A DNA stretch of 64,000 nt from Candidatus Latescibacterota bacterium (GTDB lineage Bacteria > Latescibacterota > UBA2968 > GCA-2709665). The notes below the pieces were generated by a model. It searched no databases. It saw only the letters and a program-made list of their open reading frames with translations, and was not told the origin of the DNA. The translations under genes and the position numbers were made by a program. The stretch's first letter is position 1; the number at the start of each line of letters is the position of its first letter. This document shows, one piece after another, positions 19,311 to 31,176 of the stretch. The stretch covers positions 2,080,001-2,144,000 of the forward strand of contig OZ242180.1 in the NCBI GenBank assembly GCA_965205485.1, written 5' to 3'.

Positions 19311-22300
19311 ATGATGGGTGTGATCAAGAAAGTATTCGGGACCAAATACGATCGGGATCTGAAGAAACTCTGGCCGACGGTCGAAAGAATAAACGGGCTA
19401 TGCGAGTCGTTAGCGTCGCTTTCCGAAGCGGACCTTCGCGGCAAGACGGCCGAATTCAGGCAGAGGTTGCGGGACGCGACAGCCGAATACACGGAACAGC
19501 TCGATGAGATGCGGGAGGCGCTGAAGAGCGAGGAGGAAATGGACCGCTCCTCGCTGCTGGACGAAATCACGGAACTGGAGGGCGAGGTCAGGGAGGTCGA
19601 GGCGGAGGCTCTGGAGGAGATTCTGCCCGAGGCATACGCGGTCTACAAGGAGACTTGCCGCCGGTTCAAAGCGGAAGGGAAGCAGTGGGAGCGCGCCGGT
19701 GAATCCATCGTGTGGGATATGGTTCCCTACGACGTGCAGTTGCTCGGCGGCATCGTCTTACACCAGGGAAAAATCGCCGAGATGGCCACCGGCGAGGGCA
19801 AGACGCTGGTGGCGGGAATGCCGCTCTATCTGAATGGACTGACGGGACGGGGTGTTCACCTTGTCACGGTGAACTCCTATCTCGCAAAGCGGGACGCCAT
19901 GTGGTTGGGCCCCGTCTATCTCTTTCTCGGGATGAGCGTCGGCATCATCCAGGACCGGTCCATGGAGGCGGAGGCATATCTCCTGGAGGAAGACCGGGAG
20001 GGCGTGTACCGTTTGCGGGAGTGCGATCATCAGGAGGCATACAGGGCCGACGTCGTCTATGGCACGAAGGACCAGTTCGGGTTCGATTATCTCTACGACA
20101 ATATGGCGGTCCGTCCGGACGACCTCATGCAGCGCGAACACTATTTTGCGATCATCGACGAAGCAGACAGCATACTGATCGACGAGGCGAGAACGCCCCT
20201 GATCATTTCCGGCGCGGTGGCGGAAGCCGACAATCAGAGGTACGACGAAATGCGGCCGCTGGTGGAGCGGTTGGTCAGGGCGCAAACCCGGGTGGTCACC
20301 GGGACTTTGAACGAAGCGGAGGATCTCCTCGAAGAGGACGAATACGTGGCGGGTATCCGGCTGCTCCAGGTTCAGCGGGGGATGCCCAAGAACCGCCGGT
20401 TCATGAAATTGCTTCAGGAAGAGGGGACCAAACGTCTGATCGGCCGGGTTGAAGCCGATTACCTGCGCGACAAACGAATGGCCGAGATCGACGAAGACCT
20501 CTACTTCAGCGTGGACGAGAAGAGCCATGTTATCGACCTGACCGACAAGGGGAGGGTTGAGATCAGCCGGAGGCCGGACGATTTCGTGCTGCAGGACCTG
20601 GATGAAGTTCTGCACGAAATCGAAGCGGACGATGCGCTGGCGCCGGACGAAAAGGCCAGGGCCCAGGACGACGCGTACCAGGACTACGCCCGCAAGAGCG
20701 AGGCGATTCACAGCGTGCAACAGCTTCTGGTTGCCCATACACTTTATGAGAAGGACGTAAGGTATATCGTGGACGGCGGCCAGGTGATTATCGTCGACGA
20801 ATTCACGGGGCGTCCCCAGCCGGGTCGGCGATTTGCGGACGGCCTGCACCAGGCTCTGGAAGCAAAAGAGCGCGTCAAGGTGGAACGGGACACCCAGACG
20901 ATTGCCACGATTACGCTGCAGAACTACTTCCGATTATATCACAAGCTGGCGGGGATGACGGGAACCGCCGAAACCGAGGCGGCGGAACTGTTTCAGATCT
21001 ACAAGCTGGACGTTGTCGTAATGCCTACGAACGAACCCGTGCGGCGGGTCGATTCGGAGGATCTGATCTTCAGGACCAAGCGGGAGAAGTACAACGCCAT
21101 CGTGGACGAGATAGAACGGTTGAACGACAGGGGTCTGCCGGTTCTCGTGGGTACCATCAGCGTCGAAGTGTCGGAGTTGCTATCCCGAATGCTGAAGCGG
21201 AAGGGAATTAAACACGCGGTGCTCAACGCGCGTCACAACCAGCAGGAAGCCCAGATCGTTGCCAGGGCCGGACAACCGGGCGCCGTGACCATCGCCACCA
21301 ATATGGCGGGTCGTGGTACGGATATCAAGCTGGGGGACGGGGTTGTCAAAGCGCCGCAGGACCATCAATGCGCGCTGATACCCGGCGCCGACGGCGGTCG
21401 CCCCCAGTGCCCGCACCTGGAGGAATACCGTTGCGAGGAAGAGGTGCCTTGCGGATTGCATATCATCGGTACCGAGCGGCACGAGGCAAGGCGGATAGAC
21501 CGGCAGCTTCGCGGACGGGCCGGCCGGCAGGGCGACCCGGGGAATTCCCGGTTTTTCATCTCACTGGAAGACGATCTCATGCGGCTCTTCGGCTCCGAAA
21601 GGATTGCCCGGATCATGGATCGTCTGGGCGCCGAAGAGGGTGAGGTGATCGAACACCGGATGGTTACCCGATCCATCGAACGGGCCCAGAAACGCGTGGA
21701 AGCCCGGAATTTCGAGGTTCGGAAGCATCTGCTTGAATACGACGACGTGATGAACCAGCAGCGGGAAGTCGTATACGACCGGCGGCGCCACGCGCTGGAA
21801 CAGCACAATATCTACGAGCAGATCGAAGAAGAGATGGAGGAGGTGGTGAACGCTTCGTTCCAGAGCCACCTTCCCGAAGAAGGCACCCAGGAGGACTGGA
21901 ACCTGGACGGACTCTACCGCGACCTGCGACAGATCTTCCTCCAGGTTCCGGAAGTGCCCCCCGAGTCGCTGCCCGAACTGAAAGAGGACGGATTCCGGGA
22001 TGAGTTGTTCGATGGAATCCGGTCAGCCTACAGACGCCGGGAAAGCCTGATTGGCGCGGGAAGGATGCGGGACATCGAGCGAATGGTCTATCTGGGGGTG
22101 ACCGACGAGAAGTGGAAGGATCACCTCAGGGAGATGGACGACCTCAAGGAGGGCATCGGCCTGCGGGGATATGGACAAAAGGACCCGCTGATCGAATACA
22201 AGCGCGAAGGATTTCAGATGTTCGTCGACCTGCTCGACGAGATCAACCGCGAAACATTGAAGACCCTTTTTCGCATTCCTGTGGAAGAGGACCTTTCCGG

Positions 22301-22541
22301 CCCGAGAGGCCGGCAGCCTCAGCGGGTCTCGCTCACGCACCAGGATGCCACCGGCATGGGGTTCGCCCCCGGCGTCGAGGCGTCGCCGACGTCGGAACCG
22401 GTCGCAGCCACTTCGGAAGGTGGGCCGCCCCGGCAGCGCCCGATTCGGGTACAGAAGGTGGGCAGAAACGACCCGTGTCCGTGCGGCAGCGGAAAAAAGT
22501 ACAAGAAATGCCATGGTCTTGCGGGCCGGGTGCCGGCGTGA
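19311..22541 (+). CDS. secA: Preprotein translocase subunit SecA
   Basis: [55 protein letters not shown]. Confidence 0.98.
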   Translation: MMGVIKKVFGTKYDRDLKKLWPTVERINGLCESLASLSEADLRGKTAEFRQRLRDATAEYTEQLDEMREALKSEEEMDRSSLLDEITELEGEVREVEAEALEEILPEAYAVYKETCRRFKAEGKQWERAGESIVWDMVPYDVQLLGGIVLHQGKIAEMATGEGKTLVAGMPLYLNGLTGRGVHLVTVNSYLAKRDAMWLGPVYLFLGMSVGIIQDRSMEAEAYLLEEDREGVYRLRECDHQEAYRADVVYGTKDQFGFDYLYDNMAVRPDDLMQREHYFAIIDEADSILIDEARTPLIISGAVAEADNQRYDEMRPLVERLVRAQTRVVTGTLNEAEDLLEEDEYVAGIRLLQVQRGMPKNRRFMKLLQEEGTKRLIGRVEADYLRDKRMAEIDEDLYFSVDEKSHVIDLTDKGRVEISRRPDDFVLQDLDEVLHEIEADDALAPDEKARAQDDAYQDYARKSEAIHSVQQLLVAHTLYEKDVRYIVDGGQVIIVDEFTGRPQPGRRFADGLHQALEAKERVKVERDTQTIATITLQNYFRLYHKLAGMTGTAETEAAELFQIYKLDVVVMPTNEPVRRVDSEDLIFRTKREKYNAIVDEIERLNDRGLPVLVGTISVEVSELLSRMLKRKGIKHAVLNARHNQQEAQIVARAGQPGAVTIATNMAGRGTDIKLGDGVVKAPQDHQCALIPGADGGRPQCPHLEEYRCEEEVPCGLHIIGTERHEARRIDRQLRGRAGRQGDPGNSRFFISLEDDLMRLFGSERIARIMDRLGAEEGEVIEHRMVTRSIERAQKRVEARNFEVRKHLLEYDDVMNQQREVVYDRRRHALEQHNIYEQIEEEMEEVVNASFQSHLPEEGTQEDWNLDGLYRDLRQIFLQVPEVPPESLPELKEDGFRDELFDGIRSAYRRRESLIGAGRMRDIERMVYLGVTDEKWKDHLREMDDLKEGIGLRGYGQKDPLIEYKREGFQMFVDLLDEINRETLKTLFRIPVEEDLSGPRGRQPQRVSLTHQDATGMGFAPGVEASPTSEPVAATSEGGPPRQRPIRVQKVGRNDPCPCGSGKKYKKCHGLAGRVPA

Positions 22542-22604
22542 ACAACCACGCCGGTCGACTCAACGCGAAACCCGGCCAACGCGACGAAAAGGAGTTCCGG
22601 ATTG

Positions 22605-23081
22605 ATGAAATCCCGAGATGACCTCTTGAGTGAGGCCCGCATGGAGATACCGGAGATGAGCGTGCAGGAGGTGCACGATCATCTGGAATGCGGTGCGAGC
22701 CCGGTCCTTTTGGATGTGCGCGAACAGGAAGAATGGGAATCGGGACATCTTCGGGGAGCGGTTCACGTTCCACGCGGCCGCCTCGAAGCTGAGGCTGAAT
22801 CCCGCATTCCGGACAAGTCCCGGGAAGTGGTGGTGTATTGCGCCGGGGGGGTTCGTTCGCTGCTGGCTGCCGACTCATTGAAGGAATTGGGATATGAGCG
22901 GGTGATTTCGATGGCCGGCGGGTACGAAGACTGGGCGGACGCGGACCTGCCTTCGGAACAGCCGCCGCCTCCGGAGGAATCCGACGACCTGGATCGTCCT
23001 GAGCTGTTGGAAGCCGAAATAGAGCACCTGGAGAGTCGGATCACGCGGAAGAAACAGCAATTGAAGCGTTCGAAACAATAG
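22605..23081 (+). CDS. Rhodanese-like domain protein with C-terminal coiled coil
   Basis: LLDVRE..EW..GHL.GA, active-site loop YCAGGVRS. Confidence 0.88.
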   Translation: MKSRDDLLSEARMEIPEMSVQEVHDHLECGASPVLLDVREQEEWESGHLRGAVHVPRGRLEAEAESRIPDKSREVVVYCAGGVRSLLAADSLKELGYERVISMAGGYEDWADADLPSEQPPPPEESDDLDRPELLEAEIEHLESRITRKKQQLKRSKQ

Positions 23082-23130
23082 CCAATAGTCGCGGACGGAA
23101 CACGGGTCGACGCGGTTTATATAGCCGGAG

Positions 23131-23159
23131 GCGCATTACGATTCGTAATGCGCTTTTTT
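23131..23159 (+). terminator. Intrinsic terminator after secA-rhodanese
   Basis: GCGCATTACG/CGTAATGCGC stem followed by T6. Confidence 0.8.
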
Positions 23160-23180
23160 GTCGGATGCCGGAATTTATCC

Positions 23181-23209
23181 TTGCGCCTGGAAGCCAAAGC
23201 TTTTATATT
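23181..23209 (+). promoter_or_regulatory. Sigma-70 promoter of groESL
   Basis: TTGCGC-17 nt-TATATT directly before CIRCE. Confidence 0.6.
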
Positions 23210-23216
23210 GGTCCCG

Positions 23217-23243
23217 TTAGCACTCGATTACAACGAGTGCTAA
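23217..23243 (+). promoter_or_regulatory. CIRCE element (HrcA operator)
   Basis: Perfect TTAGCACTC-N9-GAGTGCTAA. Confidence 0.97.
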
Positions 23244-23309
23244 TTGTCAGATAAAATGTTTATTATTTAACGGGTTAACGTAGAATCCATTCTTTCGAAG
23301 GAGGGGCTT

Positions 23310-23600
23310 ATGACGGTGAAGCCTCTGGCCGACCGGGTTCTTCTCCGGCGGATTGAAGCCGACGATCAGGTCCATGGCGGCATCATCATTCCCGATACCG
23401 CTAAAGAAAAACCTCTGGAAGCCGAAGTCATCGCGGTGGGGCCCGGGAAAGTCAACGACAAGACGGGCGATCCCGTACCGGTGTCTGTAAACGCGGGCAA
23501 CCGCGTTCTGATCGGCCAGTATGCAGGTACAGAGGTCGAGGTCGATGGAGACGAACTGGTGATCGCTTCTGAAGACGACATTCTGGGTATTCTCGAATAA
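23310..23600 (+). CDS. groES: Co-chaperonin GroES
   Basis: [25 protein letters not shown]. Confidence 0.97.
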   Translation: MTVKPLADRVLLRRIEADDQVHGGIIIPDTAKEKPLEAEVIAVGPGKVNDKTGDPVPVSVNAGNRVLIGQYAGTEVEVDGDELVIASEDDILGILE

Positions 23601-23728
23601 GAGATACTGTACAGTTGGAAGTCGCGATTCAATCCCGTTTCAGGGATGGGCGAAAGCGAACCGGAAACATCGCCCGTGGATCCGGTTCCAACGGGTTTTC
23701 TTTCACTGGGGTTTACAGGAGGACAATT

Positions 23729-25357
23729 ATGCCAGCCAAGCAATTGAGCTACGGGATAGACGCCCGGTCAAAGGTTCTGGACGGCGTGGACATTCTGAGC
23801 AAGGCAGTCAAGGCGACACTGGGACCGCGCGGGCGAAATGTCGTTCTGGGCAAGAAATGGGGTTCGCCCACGGTAACCAAAGACGGGGTAACGGTGGCCA
23901 AAGAGATCGAGCTGCCCGATCCGTACGAGAATATGGGCGCTCAGATGGTGAAGGAGGTCGCCTCCAAGACCTCCGACGTGGCGGGCGACGGCACGACCAC
24001 CGCAACGGTGCTGGCGGAGGCCATCTACCGCGAGGGTCTGAAGAATGTGACCGCCGGCGCCAATCCCATGGATATCAAGCGGGGCATCGATCAGGGTGTG
24101 TCCGCCGTGACCGCGGCTCTGAAGAATCAGTCACAGGAGGTCACGGGCCGCAAGGAGATCGCACAGGTTGCGTCAATCTCGGCCAACAACGACAGCGGGA
24201 TTGGCGATATAATCGCAGATTCCATGGAAAAGGTGGGTAAGGACGGCACCATTACGGTCGAGGAGGCCAAGTCGATCGAGACGACGCTCGACGTTGTGGA
24301 AGGCATGCAGTTCGACCGGGGATATATTTCACCGTACTTCGTGACCGACCAGGACGAAATGGAAGCGAATCTGGAAGATGCCTACCTCCTCATCCACGAG
24401 AAAAAACTGTCCAACATGAAGGATCTGCTCCCCTTGCTGGAGAAAACGGCGCAGACGGGAAAGGCGCTGTTGGTGATCGCCGAAGACGTTGAGGGTGAGG
24501 CGCTGGCGACCTTTGTCGTAAACAAGGTCCGGGGGACCATTAAAGCGGCGGCGGTGAAAGCTCCCGGATACGGAGACCGCCGGAAGGAGATGCTTGAGGA
24601 TATCGCCATTCTCACCGGGGGCAGGGTGATTTCGGAAGATCTGGGCATCAAGCTGGAAAATATCCAGCTCGACGACCTCGGACAGGCCAAGCGGATCGTC
24701 ATCGACAAGGACAATACCACAATCGTGGAAGGCGCCGGCTCTACCGATGACATACAGGGACGCGTCAGCCAGATTCGCATGCAGATCGAGGAAACGACCT
24801 CGGACTACGACAGGGAGAAACTCCAGGAGCGGCTCGCCAAGCTGGCCGGCGGCGTGGCAGTGGTGAACGTCGGCGCCGCAACCGAAACAGAGATGAAGGA
24901 GAAGAAGGCGAGGGTGGAGGACGCCCTGCACGCGACCCGCGCGGCGGTGGAGGAAGGCATCGTCCCTGGCGGCGGCGTGGCCCTCGTGCGGTGTATGGCG
25001 TCGCTGGACACGGTGCGCAGCAGGGTTCGCGGAGATCAGAAGACCGGCGTGGACCTCTTGAACAAGGCACTGGAGGCGCCGCTGAGGAAGATCGCCGACA
25101 ACGCGGGTCACGAAGGCAGCCTGGTCGTTCAGCGGGTGAAAGATGGAGACGGCGCCTTCGGTTTCAACGCGCTTACCGAAACCTACGAAGACCTGATCGA
25201 ATCCGGTGTGGCGGATCCCACGAAGGTCGTGCGTTCCGCAGTTGAAAATGCGGCCAGCATTGCCGGGCTCTTGCTGACAACGGAGACGCTGGTAACGGAA
25301 GTTCCGGAAGAGGAAAAAGAGCCACAGGGTCACGGCCACGGTCACGACCACTATTAG
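23729..25357 (+). CDS. groEL: Chaperonin GroEL with His-rich tail
   Basis: [30 protein letters not shown]; start MPAKQL after AGGAGG. Confidence 0.98.
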   Translation: MPAKQLSYGIDARSKVLDGVDILSKAVKATLGPRGRNVVLGKKWGSPTVTKDGVTVAKEIELPDPYENMGAQMVKEVASKTSDVAGDGTTTATVLAEAIYREGLKNVTAGANPMDIKRGIDQGVSAVTAALKNQSQEVTGRKEIAQVASISANNDSGIGDIIADSMEKVGKDGTITVEEAKSIETTLDVVEGMQFDRGYISPYFVTDQDEMEANLEDAYLLIHEKKLSNMKDLLPLLEKTAQTGKALLVIAEDVEGEALATFVVNKVRGTIKAAAVKAPGYGDRRKEMLEDIAILTGGRVISEDLGIKLENIQLDDLGQAKRIVIDKDNTTIVEGAGSTDDIQGRVSQIRMQIEETTSDYDREKLQERLAKLAGGVAVVNVGAATETEMKEKKARVEDALHATRAAVEEGIVPGGGVALVRCMASLDTVRSRVRGDQKTGVDLLNKALEAPLRKIADNAGHEGSLVVQRVKDGDGAFGFNALTETYEDLIESGVADPTKVVRSAVENAASIAGLLLTTETLVTEVPEEEKEPQGHGHGHDHY

Positions 25358-25382
25358 TGTCCGAAACATCGGCCGGGAGTAC

Positions 25383-25413
25383 AAAGGTCGGCCTTTACTG
25401 GCCGGCCTTTTTT
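25383..25413 (+). terminator. Intrinsic terminator after groEL
   Basis: AAAGGTCGGCC/GGCCGGCCTTT stem with T run. Confidence 0.75.
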
Positions 25414-25544
25414 CGTCTGGTAAATCGTCATCACATTTGCTTATATTAGTGCGTCGTCTTGAAGTTTTCGGACAGGTTCAATGTTGAAACAGGTTGGAGG
25501 CGAAACGACCGTTCGTGTTTCGTCTGCGGCTCGAAGGGAGGTAT

Positions 25545-26585
25545 ATGGACGTTATTCTGGATTCCCCATCCGAGGAGAACGATCAACCCGTCTCCGATGC
25601 CCCGGGCGGGGAGAAGAAGGAAGAAGCAAATGACTCCGAAAGGCGCGTGGTGTCGCGGCGGCCCGCCAGGCGTACCCGGACCGGCAGTAAGAAACCGGCA
25701 GGGACAACTCGAAGCCGGGCTGCATCGGCGGATGAAAAGACGGAGACGCCCGAAGCCGACGCCCCGGAAGATGCAGGTGAGCCAACCGGTAAGACAGCGG
25801 AGGTTCCGGAGAAGCGCGTGGTATCGCGGCGGCCCGCGAAACGGTCACGGGTATCTGCAAAGCCCGGGACGCGCTCGACACGCGCCAAAGCCGGAGACGA
25901 GCAGCAGAATCAGGCCGGGAATGGGGCTGAAAAACCCGCGGATCCGCCAACGACTGCAACAGTAGCGCCCGAGCCGGCGAACGCCGGTGAATCCGCTACG
26001 GAGCCGGTTGCGGAAACCACGGAGGCCGCAAAGGCTTCATCACCCGATACTTCCGCAGGCGCGTCACCGGAAGCAGCGACTGAAAGGACGCAGGGGGCTC
26101 CCGCGAGGGGCACTTCACAGGACCAACGCCGAAATAGACGGCGCCGGCAGCCCCGCCGCCAGAACGACGGCGGGGGTTCGGCCGATAATCGGAATAGGGC
26201 CGACCAGATCCCGCATTCCATTGCGGAAATCCTCTCAGACTCCTGGACCGAAGAAAAAGCCCGTAAATACCTCAGCGAAGGATTCCTTGCGACGCTATCC
26301 ACGCGACTGGTCAGCCGGGGAAAGGTCGAGGAGATAGACGAAGAGGCGCTGAGTGAACGCCTGAAGGTGGTCCGGCGCGTTCTGGCGGACGAGTGTATGG
26401 TGGAGGACGATGCGTCGGATCTCATCCTGCTCGATATGGTTATGAACGCGCTGGCGGACAGGCTTGAAGTCTATCGGTTAACCTCCAGGGGCGCGAGTCC
26501 CGAGAAACTCGTTCAGATTCTCGAACTCCGATACAATGCGGACCGGCGTCTGATCGAGGCTGTGACGGCATTGAAAAATGCCTAG
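25545..26585 (+). CDS. Hypothetical protein: long disordered N-terminus, helical C-terminal domain
   Basis: GGAGG RBS; low-complexity E/A/P/R/T region with duplicated RVVSRRPA. Confidence 0.7.
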   Translation: MDVILDSPSEENDQPVSDAPGGEKKEEANDSERRVVSRRPARRTRTGSKKPAGTTRSRAASADEKTETPEADAPEDAGEPTGKTAEVPEKRVVSRRPAKRSRVSAKPGTRSTRAKAGDEQQNQAGNGAEKPADPPTTATVAPEPANAGESATEPVAETTEAAKASSPDTSAGASPEAATERTQGAPARGTSQDQRRNRRRRQPRRQNDGGGSADNRNRADQIPHSIAEILSDSWTEEKARKYLSEGFLATLSTRLVSRGKVEEIDEEALSERLKVVRRVLADECMVEDDASDLILLDMVMNALADRLEVYRLTSRGASPEKLVQILELRYNADRRLIEAVTALKNA

Positions 26586-27283
26586 TCAGTCCGGGATGAC
26601 GTCCAGTCGATGTCGATCTCGTAAGCCAGAGGATCGACGGCGCGATTGGCGCGAAAGGCGTTGATACGTTCCACGCAGGCGTCGCAGCGGCCGCAGGCGG
26701 GGCGTTTGCCCGCATAGCAGGTGTGGGTCTCGGCGTACGGCACCCCAAGGTTCAGGCCCAGCCTCACGATTTCGTCTTTCCACTTTTCCACGAACGGGGT
26801 GTGGATACGGTAGTCGTTGGGCCGTGTGGCGCCCAGGCACAGGGCCTTCTCCAGCATGTCGTAAAACTCGCGGCGGCAGTCCCGGTAGATCTGAAAGTCG
26901 TCCCGTACAGGCGAGAGAAAGAGATCGCTGCAACCCCTCGCCTCCGCCCAGGCGGCTGCCAGCGTGACGAAGAGCATGTTTCGGAAAGGCACAACGGTCA
27001 GCGCCTGGCGGTCCTGTTCCGCCACCGGAACGGGGTGCGCGATGTCCGTGAGCGGATTCCCGCCGATCTGCCGGAGATCGACTTTGAGGCAGCGGTGGGA
27101 GTCAGCGCCCGCCAGCCGGGAGAGGCGTGAGCTGGATTCGAGTTCAACCGCGTGGCGCTGGCCATAGTCGATCGAAACGGTGTGGATCTCTGAAAGTTCA
27201 CGGTCTCGCATCCACCAGAGCAGCGTGGTGGAATCCATCCCTCCGGAGAGCAGGAGTACGGATTTCCGGGGCGGCGCGGTCAT
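26582..27283 (-). CDS. queC: 7-cyano-7-deazaguanine synthase
   Basis: LSGGMDS, YGQRH, VPFRN, DCR, CYxGxxxxCGxCDAC. Confidence 0.93.
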   Translation of the reverse strand: MTAPPRKSVLLLSGGMDSTTLLWWMRDRELSEIHTVSIDYGQRHAVELESSSRLSRLAGADSHRCLKVDLRQIGGNPLTDIAHPVPVAEQDRQALTVVPFRNMLFVTLAAAWAEARGCSDLFLSPVRDDFQIYRDCRREFYDMLEKALCLGATRPNDYRIHTPFVEKWKDEIVRLGLNLGVPYAETHTCYAGKRPACGRCDACVERINAFRANRAVDPLAYEIDIDWTSSRTD

Positions 27284-27309
27284 ATTCAGGGCGGGACCTT
27301 TCTATACAA

Positions 27310-27346
27310 AAGTCAAGAGGGAGCCGCTAGGCTCCCTCTTGACTTT
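27310..27346. terminator. Hairpin terminator after acs
   Basis: AAAGTCAAGAGGGAGCC/GGCTCCCTCTTGACTTT long inverted repeat. Confidence 0.8.
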
Positions 27347-27365
27347 ACGCAATCGAGTCTGAATT

Positions 27366-29366
<2,001 letters not shown>

Positions 29367-29650
29367 TGAAAACCCCTTCTTTCGGAATTCACCTCAATTC
29401 GAAATAAAACAACCGCTGAATTTACCACAAAAAGCACAAAAGTCACGGAAGGTGTCGGTGCGAAACCGGGCATTGAGGTCGTTCGAATGGATGAAATTTC
29501 CCTTCACGTCCAGTGACCTCAAGTATCCGGGACGCTTGACGCCAATTCGCCCTTGTTCTTCAGTATATATTCGATATTCATGTCCCCGGATAATTGCGAA
29601 TCGAGGTTAAACGGTTGAAAAGGTACGTTCGATGCCGGTAAAAGCCGGTC

Positions 29651-29705
29651 TTGCAATTCCTGGATGGAGCGGCTATAATTATACCACATCAAAAGCGGAT
29701 GTCAA
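29651..29705. promoter_or_regulatory. Overlapping divergent sigma-70 promoters (acs and ECF sigma)
   Basis: Plus TTGCAA-17-TATAAT (29651-29679); minus TTGACA-16-TATAAT (29705-29678). Confidence 0.6.
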
Positions 29706-29758
29706 GCGGAGAAACCGGATCGAAAGCGTGGATACTGGTGCTGATTTTTCGCTTTTCG

Positions 29759-29786
29759 GGAACTTTACTAAGACCAGAGGGTTTAA
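29759..29786 (+). promoter_or_regulatory. Putative ECF (sigmaE-type) autoregulatory promoter
   Basis: GGAACTT-15 nt-GTTTAA upstream of the ECF sigma gene. Confidence 0.45.
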
Positions 29787-29867
29787 TTGGCGTTAGGAGG
29801 TTGTCCGGATTGCGGGTTTCGTATGCCCCATTCCCGAGGATGTAGCAGGTGAAAGGGGGGAAAGACC

Positions 29868-30473
29868 ATGCTCATGGTGAACACGGAAAACGGAGCAGCG
29901 TCGGATGTCGATATTTTGACTGATGTTGCCAACGGCGACATCGAAGCGTATGGAAAGATTGTAAATCGTTACAGAGGAAGGCTTTACAACTTTGTATTTC
30001 GGTTTGTCGGAGACAGGGAAACGGCCGAGGATATCGTTCAGGAGGCTTTTCTCAGGGCGTACAGAAAGCGGAATGAATATCGCGCCATCGCGAATTTTTC
30101 CACCTGGCTGTTTACAATTGCCGGCAACCTGGCGAAAAGTGAGTTAAGACGTCGTAAACGCTGGCGGCTGTTTCCGCTTCACCGGGATGAAGAGAGCGAT
30201 ACGGGGCTGGAATTGCCGGACGAGTCCTACCGGCCCGATAGAATCACGGAATCTGCTATCGCGGATGTACAGATTCATCAGGCGATCATGTCGCTTTCGG
30301 AAAACTACCGGCAGGTCATCCTGCTTCGAGACGTTGAAGGGCTTTCCTACCAGGAAATTGCAGAGATCAGCCGGTGTCCGGTGGGTACGGTCAAGTCTCG
30401 CGTGAACAGGGCCCGCCTGAAACTGCAGCAGAAGCTGAAGAATGAGGGACGAGACGTGGGGCTGGCGATCTGA
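29868..30473 (+). CDS. ECF RNA polymerase sigma factor (RpoE-like)
   Basis: AEDIVQEAF, FSTWLFTIAGN, LSYQEIAEI...VGTVKSRVNRAR. Confidence 0.94.
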   Translation: MLMVNTENGAASDVDILTDVANGDIEAYGKIVNRYRGRLYNFVFRFVGDRETAEDIVQEAFLRAYRKRNEYRAIANFSTWLFTIAGNLAKSELRRRKRWRLFPLHRDEESDTGLELPDESYRPDRITESAIADVQIHQAIMSLSENYRQVILLRDVEGLSYQEIAEISRCPVGTVKSRVNRARLKLQQKLKNEGRDVGLAI

Positions 30474-30540
30474 CAGCGTTACGCCGTCTTGAGGACCACA
30501 CGGGAATTCGCAATTGAAATGGGACCAACGGAGGAGATTC

Positions 30541-31143
30541 ATGGGTAAGGGTCACATAACTTGCGGTGAGTTTGCGGCCCGATTATCGGCCTATCTCGAA
30601 GACGAGGTGGGAGGCGCAAAGAAGGCGCAGATGGATCGCCACATGGAAGAATGCTCCACCTGCGCCAATTCGCTGGAAGGGGTCAGAGGCCTTACGGGGC
30701 GGCTCGCGCGGATGTCGCGTGTACGGCCGTCCGCCGGGTTCGATTTTGCGCTTCGCAGCCGCCTGATGATGGAAGCGGCGCGAAAGACCTCGTTCTGGAA
30801 CAGGCTGCCGGACGTGTTTATCCCGACTCTGCCGAGAGCGTTGGCAACGTGTGCGGCAGTCGTGCTGATCGCGCTGGGCATGACCACGGGGCTGGACGAG
30901 GCGTCTTCAACACGGGCGGTCAACATGGACCGCGTACACCAGATGACGCTCGTTGCGCCGGCGTCTTCGACGTTTCCGGCCGCGGACCTGCGCGGGGCGC
31001 TGAAAATGCTGCCCCGGAATACGTCCTATCCGGTTTCGCACCAGGTCCATCGGGCCGGCCGGGCGGATTCCGCAAAGGCCGCGTCGATGGTTCGCATGCG
31101 CCCGGGCAGGCGCATGGCCAACGTACGCCGGGTGTCCTTTTAG
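30541..31143 (+). CDS. Zinc-finger (ZAS) anti-sigma factor
   Basis: C...LSAYLE...HMEECSTC followed by one TM segment; follows the ECF sigma. Confidence 0.88.
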   Translation: MGKGHITCGEFAARLSAYLEDEVGGAKKAQMDRHMEECSTCANSLEGVRGLTGRLARMSRVRPSAGFDFALRSRLMMEAARKTSFWNRLPDVFIPTLPRALATCAAVVLIALGMTTGLDEASSTRAVNMDRVHQMTLVAPASSTFPAADLRGALKMLPRNTSYPVSHQVHRAGRADSAKAASMVRMRPGRRMANVRRVSF

Positions 31144-31176
31144 TGAATGTAGCGGGAGAGAAAGCCTACGAGAACA

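Noticed and set aside
27284..27365. preQ1 riboswitch upstream of queC (also checked upstream of queD)
   Set aside because: No preQ1 stem-loop with A-rich tail is recognisable; only a terminator hairpin is present here.
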